From IMG/VR virus record IMGVR_UViG_3300010413_000021, positions 6,649 to 70,648 of that record: DNA of 64,000 nt; one strand, 5' to 3'. Source of the DNA: a virus. The translations under genes and the position numbers were made by a program. Shown here piece by piece: positions 27,901 to 36,724 of this stretch (position 1 is the first letter of the stretch; each line of letters begins with the position of its first letter). Under the pieces are notes generated by a model, which saw only the letters and a program-made list of their open reading frames with translations, searched no databases and was not told the origin of the DNA.

Positions 27901-29208
27901 GTGAAAGACTCAGAAGCAAAACCAATATTAAAAACATTCCTGCAAAAGAATAACTATTTCCTGATTCATCGGCCAATGGTTGAGGAGTTTGGTTGGTTAG
28001 GTGCTGTATTGCTCACTGACCTGATCTATAAAGAGAGTTACTGGGAGAAAAAAGACAAACTAACTAACGGCTGGTTTTTTGCCACCCAGCAGGACATCGA
28101 AAAAACCACCTACCTCAGCCCCTACCAGCAACGCAGATTAATCAAAGAACTAACAGAGAAAAAAGTAATCCGGCACAAGAGAAAAGGAGTGCACCAAAAA
28201 CAGCATTTCAGGCTGAGACATGCCACTATATATGAGAAAATCAAATGTGAAGAACCTTCACAATTAATTGTTGAGAACCTTAACAATAAAATGTTAAGAA
28301 ACTCAACAATACATATAAGAAGTAATAATAAAGAAGAAACAAATAAGAACTGTTCTAAAGAACAGAACGTTTCTGCCGAAACGTCTGTAGTTAATAAATC
28401 ATCTCCTGCAAAGGAAAGTAAGAATAGGATTGGTCAGACAAAACTAACACAGGTTGATCCTGCTACTAAGGAAATAATAGACCTGTGGAACAAACAACCA
28501 AACCTGACTGCTCATACCAAACCTACAACTAAGGTTTACAAAGAATCCATTGCACTGATAAAACAGCTTCGGTGTAAAGGTTCATTGGAAAGAAAGCACA
28601 TCAGCGAAAAGTTTTTAACTAAGTTTGGTGTTCCTACTCACATTGTCAGCACACCCTGGAGAGACAACCAGATTAAACTGGCAATAAAAAATTACAATAC
28701 CATGCTTGATCCTGAATACTGGCCCGCAAAAAAGAAAGCCATGCCCAAATCTTTCCCTGCTTTTGTCTGTAACCCACACTCGCCTCATTGGGGGATTAAC
28801 TCCTGGTATCTGGTGGCAGTGATGAAAAAGCCCATCACCTTGCAGGATCACTTTGCACAAAAAGCCGAAGCAGCAATACCAGAAAAAGAGAAGGAACTGA
28901 CAGAATGGCTTTGTGACTCCATGTGCACTGCCCGGTATAGTGATCCTGAGCCTACTGACAGGATGAAACTCAGAAAATCCGTTTTGATCCCCTTGCTGAA
29001 CTGGCATGACAAGCTGCCGGAGAAATACCGGATCAGGGGATATACAGACACAGCAAAACAGACTGTGATTGAATATTGCCGATATATCAGAGGGGTGGAG
29101 CAGGGCAACGAAGGGCTGCAACCTAACTACCTCAAGCCTGGTGGTAAAATCTGGAGGGGGTTTATCAAGGCGGTGAATGAACAGACAGAAGGGAGCATAC
29201 CGATATGA
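27901..29208 (+). CDS. Replication initiator / replisome organizer (N-terminal winged helix)
   Basis: AVLLTDLIYKESYW...GWFFATQQDIEKTTYLS..QQRRLIKEL, followed by an Asn/Lys-rich linker containing iterons. Confidence 0.7.
   Translation: MKDSEAKPILKTFLQKNNYFLIHRPMVEEFGWLGAVLLTDLIYKESYWEKKDKLTNGWFFATQQDIEKTTYLSPYQQRRLIKELTEKKVIRHKRKGVHQKQHFRLRHATIYEKIKCEEPSQLIVENLNNKMLRNSTIHIRSNNKEETNKNCSKEQNVSAETSVVNKSSPAKESKNRIGQTKLTQVDPATKEIIDLWNKQPNLTAHTKPTTKVYKESIALIKQLRCKGSLERKHISEKFLTKFGVPTHIVSTPWRDNQIKLAIKNYNTMLDPEYWPAKKKAMPKSFPAFVCNPHSPHWGINSWYLVAVMKKPITLQDHFAQKAEAAIPEKEKELTEWLCDSMCTARYSDPEPTDRMKLRKSVLIPLLNWHDKLPEKYRIRGYTDTAKQTVIEYCRYIRGVEQGNEGLQPNYLKPGGKIWRGFIKAVNEQTEGSIPI
28245..28384. repeat. Putative replication origin: three palindromic 20-bp iterons with 23-bp period, an A-rich tract and two hairpins
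   Basis: ATGTGAAGAACCTTCACAAT (28245), TTGTTGAGAACCTTAACAAT (28268), ATGTTAAGAAACTCAACAAT (28291). Hairpins CTGTTCT-AA-AGAACAG (28350) and ACGTTTC-TGCC-GAAACGT (28367). Confidence 0.7.
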
Positions 29209-30128
29209 CTAACGCGGACATCGGGATCATACTTGCTGAGATCAGAGAGCGGTTGGACAGGTTGGAGGAGTTAGTGAAAGGGGGTGATGCCTCGTGCCAA
29301 GAAAAGTCGAAATCGACCCTTGGAAACACTATGAGTGAACCGGGCCGGGAGTGTGTGGTGTGTGATGGAAGTGGTTGGATTGCTGTAAAGGAAAAAGGTA
29401 TGATGATTGGTTCAGGAGTTTGTGATACCTGCCACGGCACCGGCTCCCGGCCTGATGATATTCCGACGATTGATAGTTGGGATTGCTATAACCCAAAGTA
29501 TAAAGAAGGAACACTTGTGGAATACCGTGGGCTACTCCATGTTGTTATTGACGCAAGGGAAAAAAATCAGGGTTTCAGGTTAGCCCACGTTGTTACACCT
29601 AACGACACCCAACCCGCCCTCGACCTTGAGCGGAAGGTGCGCCGCTTGCTTGTCAACATTGGAACCGCGATTAAATGCCCGCACTGTTTTGAGATTTTTC
29701 GCACAAAAGATATGGATGTAGGTATCATTGACGAAATTGTGGGAAAACTCCGCCCCCTGTTCCCCGCCCTACAGCAACAGCCTATTATTCACCACGATTC
29801 TTATGCTGTTTTTGGGACTTGCCCGCGACACGGCAAGGTGAAATGTATTTCAGGCTCCACTTCTGTTGAACATCATGGTGCGGTAGATCCTTATGATTTA
29901 CGGTGCGGAGAATGTGGAGAGCCGATTGAAGAGAAGCCTGAACAGCAACAGCCCCAGGCTGATGTTCCAACGCACGATGATTTAATAGACATTGCATGTG
30001 CAGAAAAATACAACAGTTCTTTCATTGCCGGAGTGTCCTGGACATATCGCGAACTCAAACCACACCTCCAGCCCCGCCGGGAGTGGCCGGGGAAAGGCTC
30101 AGAGAAAAAGAAAAATGATGAAAGCTAA
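29205..30128 (+). CDS. Hypothetical mosaic protein with several CxxC motifs
   Basis: CVVCDGSG/CDTCHGTG (DnaJ-type), CPHC and CGEC. Confidence 0.6.
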   Translation: MTNADIGIILAEIRERLDRLEELVKGGDASCQEKSKSTLGNTMSEPGRECVVCDGSGWIAVKEKGMMIGSGVCDTCHGTGSRPDDIPTIDSWDCYNPKYKEGTLVEYRGLLHVVIDAREKNQGFRLAHVVTPNDTQPALDLERKVRRLLVNIGTAIKCPHCFEIFRTKDMDVGIIDEIVGKLRPLFPALQQQPIIHHDSYAVFGTCPRHGKVKCISGSTSVEHHGAVDPYDLRCGECGEPIEEKPEQQQPQADVPTHDDLIDIACAEKYNSSFIAGVSWTYRELKPHLQPRREWPGKGSEKKKNDES

Positions 30129-30603
30129 AAAATACGTTTACGAAACAACCCAAAATGGATGTATTGAAATAACATCCCATCGAGCCAACACCTATGGATA
30201 TCAATCTCTGTGGCGTGACGGCAGACAGCAGAGGGCAAGCCGATGGATGTGGGAACAATGCTTTGGAGAAATCCCTGATGGAATGCTAGTTTGTCATAAG
30301 TGTGACAATAGGCAATGTGTAAATCCAGAGCATTTGTTTTTGGGCACTAATAGACAGAACATGCTCGATGCCTGTGGCAAGCATAGGATTGCTTTTGGTA
30401 AACGTAATGGCAGCACCAAGCTTACCGAAGAACAGGTTACTGAAATTCGAGAAAGCAACTTGAATCAATACGCCCTTGCCGAAAAATATGGGGTAGGCCA
30501 ATCTACCATCAGAGACATTAAATTGGGAATGACTTGGAATCTACCCCCAAAAACAAACCGCTGGCAGAGGGAAAAGGTGGAGGGGAGTGACAATGAATCC
30601 TGA
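30115..30603 (+). CDS. HNH homing endonuclease
   Basis: VCHKCDNRQCVNPEHLFLGTNRQN plus C-terminal HTH (KLTEEQV...LAEKYGV). Confidence 0.9.
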   Translation: MMKAKKYVYETTQNGCIEITSHRANTYGYQSLWRDGRQQRASRWMWEQCFGEIPDGMLVCHKCDNRQCVNPEHLFLGTNRQNMLDACGKHRIAFGKRNGSTKLTEEQVTEIRESNLNQYALAEKYGVGQSTIRDIKLGMTWNLPPKTNRWQREKVEGSDNES

Positions 30604-30781
30604 AACATACGAATTTGAACCCGTAACGGACGAAACGCCGGATGATTGGGTAAGGTTTAGCATAGGCGAAGAAGTGACCATTAACGGCGTCCAGTGCCGG
30701 ATACGTAAGATCACGAAGAAGGACATCATTGTCCGGCCTATCAAGGGAAGGCTGATTCCGGGGAAGGTGGAGGGACAATGA
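30593..30781 (+). CDS. Hypothetical protein
   Basis: Strong RBS, coupled ORF. Confidence 0.55.
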   Translation: MNPETYEFEPVTDETPDDWVRFSIGEEVTINGVQCRIRKITKKDIIVRPIKGRLIPGKVEGQ

Positions 30782-31041
30782 AACTAAGTAAGTGTTTACC
30801 AGCCAGAACAAAGATGGTCGAATTTAATTAGTGCAAAAAAGACTTCATGAAAATGTCTCCCCAATATAGAAATATCAGAGCCAAGTGCAGGACAAAAATG
30901 GACACCTGTTTTTGGTGCAATCATCAATTCTATGATGGAGAAATGATGGCTTTGGCTCAACCAAAGACCGGAATGAACAAAGTGTTGTGTGCTGACTGTG
31001 CTGACACAATACTCAAGCAAAAGGTGGAGGGGAGCGAATGA
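30778..31041 (+). pseudogene. Zn-finger-like protein interrupted by an in-frame TAG at 30829
   Basis: ATG 30778 (GGAGGG RBS, ATGA overlap) is in frame with ORF 30847-31041: MKLSKCLPARTKMVEFN*CKKDFMKM...CFWC...CADC. Confidence 0.55.
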
Positions 31042-31241
31042 GCGGAAACGATTTTATAAAACGGGCTTCTGGCATACATCAAAAAATAGTAAACGATGTG
31101 CCCCAATTAAAGTATGGAAAAGTGTGGTGTCGAACATGCGGGAAAATGCTTTTGGTTAACTCTGCAAAATGCCTGAGTAGCGGGTGGCCAAAATGCTGTG
31201 GTTACACCATGACCATTGATGAGCCAGAGGAAGAGCCATGA
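31038..31241 (+). CDS. Small Zn-finger-like protein
   Basis: VWCRTCG...GWPKCCGYTM. Confidence 0.6.
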   Translation: MSGNDFIKRASGIHQKIVNDVPQLKYGKVWCRTCGKMLLVNSAKCLSSGWPKCCGYTMTIDEPEEEP

Positions 31242-31413
31242 CTCAAACCGAACTTAACGAACTGAAACAGGCGGTGGAGCGGGTGGAGAACATTCTTGAT
31301 GATCCACACAATTATGATATTTTGTGTAGATTTAGTAGTCGTATATTCATTCGTAAAATAATTGACGGGGTGAAGGAACTGATGGAGGAAAATGAAATGT
31401 GGAAGAGCAAAAA

Positions 31414-32259
31414 ATGAGAGTGCTGAGAAACCTGGTGGTAATCTCTGACCTGCACTGCGGGTGCTGGATGGGGCTGCTGCCGAAAAACGGGATAAAGCTG
31501 GACAGGGGGCCGAGAATAAAACCGTCGGCAATGCAACGCAAGGTTATCCGTTGGTGGGAGGAGTTCTGGTTGCATTGGGTTCCGGAAGTAACTCACGGAG
31601 AGCCTTACGGGATTTGTGTTAATGGCGACTTGATGGACGGCCGAAAACATGGAGTAACACAGATCAGCAGAAACCTGGCAGACCAACTTCGCATTGCCTA
31701 TGAAGTGCTGGCCCCGATGCGTGATCATCCTAACTGTGTGGCTTTTTTCATTGTGCGGGGGACTGAAGCGCACTCTGGAGAATCCAGCGAAGCAGAAGAA
31801 ATGCTGGCCGAACGGCTTGATGCCATGCCGGATGAGGTGGGCAACCGCTCCCGTTATGTGCTGTGGATAAGGATAGGTGAGGGGCTGGTCAATGCCATGC
31901 ACCACATAGGCACCACGTCAAGCGCAGCATACGAGACAAGCGCAATCAATGCGGAACTGGCCTCCACTTATACCGATGCAGGCCGGTGGAAGAATGAACC
32001 GCCGGACATTGTAATCAGGAGCCACCGCCACCGCTCTGCCGGAATCTGGTTGCCGTCGGAAAAGGGAATGGCACAGTCGATGGTCACGGCAGGCTGGCAG
32101 TTGAAAACCCCGTTTGCATATCGCATTGCCGGGGGCCGGGTGGTTACTCCGCAGATAGGCGGGCACATAGTCCGGCACGGTGATGAGGAGTTGCACTTAC
32201 GACATAAAGTCTGGCCGGTTGGCAGACCTAAAGAGGAGGTGGTGCATGTCAAAGGATAA
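31414..32259 (+). CDS. Calcineurin-like metallophosphoesterase
   Basis: SDLHCG, NGDLMDG, RGTEAH, HH and RSHRH motifs. Confidence 0.8.
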   Translation: MRVLRNLVVISDLHCGCWMGLLPKNGIKLDRGPRIKPSAMQRKVIRWWEEFWLHWVPEVTHGEPYGICVNGDLMDGRKHGVTQISRNLADQLRIAYEVLAPMRDHPNCVAFFIVRGTEAHSGESSEAEEMLAERLDAMPDEVGNRSRYVLWIRIGEGLVNAMHHIGTTSSAAYETSAINAELASTYTDAGRWKNEPPDIVIRSHRHRSAGIWLPSEKGMAQSMVTAGWQLKTPFAYRIAGGRVVTPQIGGHIVRHGDEELHLRHKVWPVGRPKEEVVHVKG

Positions 32260-32512
32260 CAGAATAACAACCGATGAATGGCTGTCTGAGATTGCCCGGC
32301 TGGAGAAGGAAGCCGGTGAGGACAGCGAGGGCTGGTTTGGTTTGTATGATATTGCAGAGCGGTGGGGTTGCCATGAGAATGTTGCCCGGAAAAGACTCAG
32401 GACGATGGTAAAAGAAGGCCGGGTTGAGTGTGGGCGGGCCAAACGAAAAAACATTGTCGGGGAATGGGCCAATGTGATTAGTTACCGAATAAAACACAGA
32501 GAGAAAAAATGA
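32246..32512 (+). CDS. Winged-helix DNA-binding protein
   Basis: DIAERWGCHENVARKRLRTMVKEGRV. Confidence 0.65.
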   Translation: MSKDNRITTDEWLSEIARLEKEAGEDSEGWFGLYDIAERWGCHENVARKRLRTMVKEGRVECGRAKRKNIVGEWANVISYRIKHREKK

Positions 32513-32994
32513 CTACTATCAATCCGCAGTTTATTATTCATCAGCACGGCGGGAATTTACAGGCCAAACAGGAAATAAAAGTATTGGAGTTGAATGACCT
32601 GGGCCTGCGTGATGTGCTGCGGACGGCTCTGCACTTAGCACAAGGCCAACCAAATGTATTGCATCAGATCAATCGAATGTTGTTTAATGTTGCCGCCGAA
32701 GAATATGGAGATGAGAGACAAGCTGCTATTGCTTTGGGAATAGATACCAAGTGGGACGTGTATGACCTGCGGGGTTTGCTGCGGTGTTTGCTTGATATGA
32801 TGCGTGGTGAGGATAAGGTGATGGACAAAATCACCAGAGCAATTAAAGAACTGGCACTAACAGAATACGGGAGTCAGGCAATGGCAGCACAGGCGCTGGG
32901 GATCAGTCCCCGTATGATGAGCTATCACAAAACCAAATTGCTGAAAGGGGAGAGCAATGAATCACGAAATACTGATGCGGTTGCAGGAGCTTGA
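32509..32994 (+). CDS. Duplicated Fis-like HTH protein
   Basis: Two repeats, EEYGDERQAAIALGI and TEYGSQAMAAQALGISPR. Confidence 0.6.
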   Translation: MTTINPQFIIHQHGGNLQAKQEIKVLELNDLGLRDVLRTALHLAQGQPNVLHQINRMLFNVAAEEYGDERQAAIALGIDTKWDVYDLRGLLRCLLDMMRGEDKVMDKITRAIKELALTEYGSQAMAAQALGISPRMMSYHKTKLLKGESNESRNTDAVAGA

Positions 32995-33267
32995 GGAGCG
33001 GGTAAAGCGGCTGGAGGAGGAGAAAGCATTTGAGAAGCGGGCATGGGAAAAATATCATACCCCACCCTATGAATCCCCGTTTGAGTGTTTGGCAGGGAAG
33101 ATGCCCCGTGCTGAGGAGGGTTAGATAGTGCCTAGAACGTCATATATGGCTCCAGAATCAACTTTTTTGCTTTTACCCATACCTAACCCCTCTTTTTCAA
33201 TAAAAATTGATTCTAGCGTCAAAAACCCCCACTCAGAATACCTTTTTGAGCAAAGGAGAGTCAGTCA

Positions 33268-34149
33268 ATGCCTATAACTTGGAATCCGAAATCACAATTT
33301 GCCCCGCTTGAACTTTTACATGACGGGTTGAATCGGACGGCACTGCTTTACCGACCTACTCAATCCAGCCTGACAGCCCGCCCGCTGATATTCGGTTTGC
33401 ATGGCCGGACGGGATCAGCAACAGCAATATCAGGCAATATGTCTTTGCACCTGATTGCCCCGGAGTGCTACGTCTGCTATCCGCAGGGCTGGGGGCCGGA
33501 TCTGTATCTTGAGTATGGCCGGGGCACGTGGAACGCGGGCAGGAAGTGGAAAAACCTGATTGACCCCGGCACCGGTGAGGACTGGGTTGATGAATACAAC
33601 ATTGATGACCTTGGTTTTTTGTCTGCTTTGCTGACCATGATTCAGGATGATTATCTGATTGATTCAAATCAGATTTATGTCTGCGGGCAGAGCCGGGGTG
33701 GTATGATGGCCTATTACATGGCGCTGCACAATGAAGAATCATTTAACGGCAGGTTGAAAGCTATTTGTCCATCCTCTGCAACTATGTGCGAGACTGTGCC
33801 TGACCCGCCGCTGGCAATGCCGGTGCTGCACATACATGGGACTGATGATACATCTGTCCCGTTCGATGGTGGTGATGGGCACGCCCGGCCTGTCCCGTAT
33901 GTGCTGGCAAGATGGGCAGACTGGAACGGCAGAAACACTCAGGAGGTTGAGCATTATAAAAGCGTGGGCACAGCTAATTATTATCAGTATGCAGCAGGTG
34001 AGGGAGTTAGTAATGCCTATGTCAGATTGATATTGCTCAACGGTGCCGGTCATGGCTGGTTCCGGCCTGGTGAGCTGGGGCATGGCAATCTGTTTGATGC
34101 AAGCCGGGAGGCATGGCAGTTCTTTCAGGAGGTGAGGAAAAATCAGTGA
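33268..34149 (+). CDS. Alpha/beta-hydrolase esterase (PHB depolymerase/LpqC/feruloyl-esterase-like)
   Basis: LHG, YPQG, DDLGFL, nucleophile GQSRGG, HIHGTDD and GHGW motifs. Confidence 0.85.
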   Translation: MPITWNPKSQFAPLELLHDGLNRTALLYRPTQSSLTARPLIFGLHGRTGSATAISGNMSLHLIAPECYVCYPQGWGPDLYLEYGRGTWNAGRKWKNLIDPGTGEDWVDEYNIDDLGFLSALLTMIQDDYLIDSNQIYVCGQSRGGMMAYYMALHNEESFNGRLKAICPSSATMCETVPDPPLAMPVLHIHGTDDTSVPFDGGDGHARPVPYVLARWADWNGRNTQEVEHYKSVGTANYYQYAAGEGVSNAYVRLILLNGAGHGWFRPGELGHGNLFDASREAWQFFQEVRKNQ

Positions 34150-34978
34150 GCAAAAAGTTATCCGTGTTTTTCCAAGGAAAACACGGGCTACGCCTTGTGA
34201 TGAATTATCTATCATAAACCGACTGCCGGGAATGTTTGATGAAGCTGACGAAGTTCATATCAGCGTTGTCTTTACTTACGATATGGAACGAGCGGAACAG
34301 TTGGCAAAATGGTGGAAGTGGGTTGCCCCCGTAAAAATAGGGGGGCCAGCAACAGGGGAACCAAGCGGAGATTTTACACCGGGATTATATTTGAAAACAG
34401 GTTACACGATCACTTCAAGAGGTTGTCCTAATAAATGTTGGTTTTGTTCTGTCTGGAAACGAGAGGGTGATGTTCGTGAATTAGAAATCAAAGAGGGCTG
34501 GAATATTTTAGATGACAACTTATTAGCCTGCTCTGACAAACATATCAAAGCTGTTTTTGATATGCTAAAAAGACAAAAGACAAAAGCGGAATTTACAGGA
34601 GGATTAGAAGCGGGGCGATTAAAACAATGGCAAGCAGAAGCACTGTTTGAGTTAAAACCAAAACAGATATTTTTTGCTTATGATAACCCTGAAAAGTTTG
34701 AGGCATTGCAATGTGCAATGAGCATGTTGAAAAAAGCAGGATTTAAGACAAACACAAGCCATGCTTTACGGTGCTTTGTCCTTTGTGGTTTTCCAAATGA
34801 TACCTTTGAATTAGCAGAAAAACGGTTGTGGGATGTAATAAAAATTGGTTACTTCCCAATGGCAATGTTGTATAGAAACAATAGTGGAAAAGCAGAACAA
34901 AGATGGAAAAAGTTTCAAAGAGAGTGGGCACGCCCCCATATCATTGCAAGGAAAATAAAGGATGAGGCGAAAAGTTGA
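34146..34978 (+). CDS. Radical SAM protein (5' end frame-anomalous)
   Basis: TSRGCPNKCWFC and DDNLLA. The frame extends upstream of ATG 34232 as KVIRVFPRKTRATP without a canonical in-frame start. Confidence 0.8.
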
Positions 34979-36488
34979 TGCCTCAGCAGAGCGGCTGATA
35001 ATCACCGGCATGGTAGTTAGTGATAAGGTGCTGAAGGAACTGAGGCCACTACACAACAGCCTATTGTATAAGACTAATTATGCCCGCATGGTTGCCGGGT
35101 GGTGCTGTGACTATTACGACAAATATGAGAAGGCACCGGGCCAGCAGATCGAAGCAATTTACAACCGGGAAGCAGAAACCACACTAGACCCTGACACAGC
35201 AGAAATGATTGGTGCTTTCCTTGGTTCAATCTCCGACAGCTATGCAAACAGAAACGGCTTCAACGCGGATTACTGTATTGACACCGGGGAAAAGCATTTC
35301 AAAAGTCAATCCCTGCTTAATCTGGCCGCAGGGATAAAGTTAGTTGCCGAGGATGATCCAACAGAGGGGGAAAAGTTACTTGCTGATTATGTGCGGGTGG
35401 AACGGCCAAGGGGTGATGGCATCAACCCTTTCAGCGATGAGCAGGCATGGGAGAATGCCTTTGACCTGGAACGTAACGAGCTTTTCCGGTTGCCGGGTGC
35501 AATCGGTGAAATGATCCGTATAGAGCGGGATAGCTTCATAGCGTTTCTTGGATCAACCGGGAGGGGCAAGTCATGGATACTGATGGAGATTGCTTTGAGG
35601 GCGTTCAGGGCCAGGTTGTCTGTTGCGTATTTTATTACCGGGGATATGAGCCAGAATCAGGTATTGAGAAGATTAGGCGTTCGACTTACGTCAAAACATT
35701 ACCTGACAAGATACCAGGGCGAGTATCTTCATCCCGTTTACGACTGCGAACGGAATCAATCCGGCACGTGCCAGCTACGGCAACGGCGGGGCACCGGGCT
35801 TATCTCAGAAGCAGTGGGCAGTAAACCAAAGGACTTAGTTAAAGCTAATCCTGAGTGGATGCCATGTAATTACTGCCGGAGGAGAAAGCCGGAGGAATAC
35901 AGTGGAGCGGTGTGGTGGGAGAAAAAAGTGGAAAAGGAACTGACTGCGGTTGATGCTTACTTAGTAGCAAGCCAATGGTTGAAGCGGGCGCGGAGCGGGA
36001 AATTCAGAATGGCTTGTTACCCGGCAAAGTCAGCAACGGTGAACACACTGGAAAAACAGATTGACCTGTGGGAAGAGTTTGAAGATGTTACCCCTGATTT
36101 AATAATAGTTGACTATGCCGACATTATGAGTGCCGGGAAAACCAAGTATGATGCGTTCCGGCACGGTGAGGATGAGAAGTGGGCGCGGTTGCGGGGGCTG
36201 GCAGAGAAGCGACATTGCTGCGTGATTACTGCCACCCAGGCCGATGCAAAAAGCTATGAGAGCAAAAAACTAACTTTAGGCAATTTCAGTGAGGACAGGA
36301 GGAAGCATGACCATGTTACTGCTGAGTTTGCGCTGAACCAAACCTGGGAGGAAAAGGAAAAGGGCTTACTGCGGATAGGGGAATTGAAAGTAAGGGATGA
36401 GGAGTTTTCAATCAATCGGCAGGTTACGGTGATGCAGTCGTTCAGGACAGGTGAATCTATGGTAGGCAGTTGGATGGAGGGTAAATGA
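34962..36488 (+). CDS. Replicative helicase, DnaB/SF4-like
   Basis: Walker A GSTGRGKS, IIVDYAD, TATQ and SED motifs. Confidence 0.85.
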   Translation: MRRKVDASAERLIITGMVVSDKVLKELRPLHNSLLYKTNYARMVAGWCCDYYDKYEKAPGQQIEAIYNREAETTLDPDTAEMIGAFLGSISDSYANRNGFNADYCIDTGEKHFKSQSLLNLAAGIKLVAEDDPTEGEKLLADYVRVERPRGDGINPFSDEQAWENAFDLERNELFRLPGAIGEMIRIERDSFIAFLGSTGRGKSWILMEIALRAFRARLSVAYFITGDMSQNQVLRRLGVRLTSKHYLTRYQGEYLHPVYDCERNQSGTCQLRQRRGTGLISEAVGSKPKDLVKANPEWMPCNYCRRRKPEEYSGAVWWEKKVEKELTAVDAYLVASQWLKRARSGKFRMACYPAKSATVNTLEKQIDLWEEFEDVTPDLIIVDYADIMSAGKTKYDAFRHGEDEKWARLRGLAEKRHCCVITATQADAKSYESKKLTLGNFSEDRRKHDHVTAEFALNQTWEEKEKGLLRIGELKVRDEEFSINRQVTVMQSFRTGESMVGSWMEGK

Positions 36489-36664
36489 TAAATTCAGATT
36501 CAAAACGTATTCAGTTAATTAGGCAGAGAATACAACAAGTTATTGACTACAAGCCACGTGAAGTTGTTTTGAATGAGTTTGCTTATCGCCGGATGGTAAA
36601 CGCTTATCGGGATTGGTTAAAGGAAATATTAGAACAGGACACAGAAGAAAATAAATCAAAATAA
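36485..36664 (+). CDS. Small hypothetical protein (59 aa)
   Basis: Manual translation MINSDSKRIQ...NEFAYRRMVNAYR...; GGAGG RBS and ATGA overlap. Confidence 0.55.
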   Translation: MINSDSKRIQLIRQRIQQVIDYKPREVVLNEFAYRRMVNAYRDWLKEILEQDTEENKSK

Positions 36665-36697
36665 TTTTATTTTTTATGGTCTGAATGTAGTATAATA
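36648..36697 (+). promoter_or_regulatory. Repeated promoter-like element, copy 1
   Basis: AAAATAAATCAAAATAATTTTATTTTTTA-N7-AATGYAGTATAATA; the 29-nt core is identical to that at 42230. Confidence 0.75.
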
Positions 36698-36724
36698 ATA
36701 ATGAAACCTGAAACGGAGGACACA

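Noticed and set aside
30829-30831. Genome-wide TAG recoding
   Set aside because: Long genes are intact in the standard code and several, including terL, terminate at TAG.
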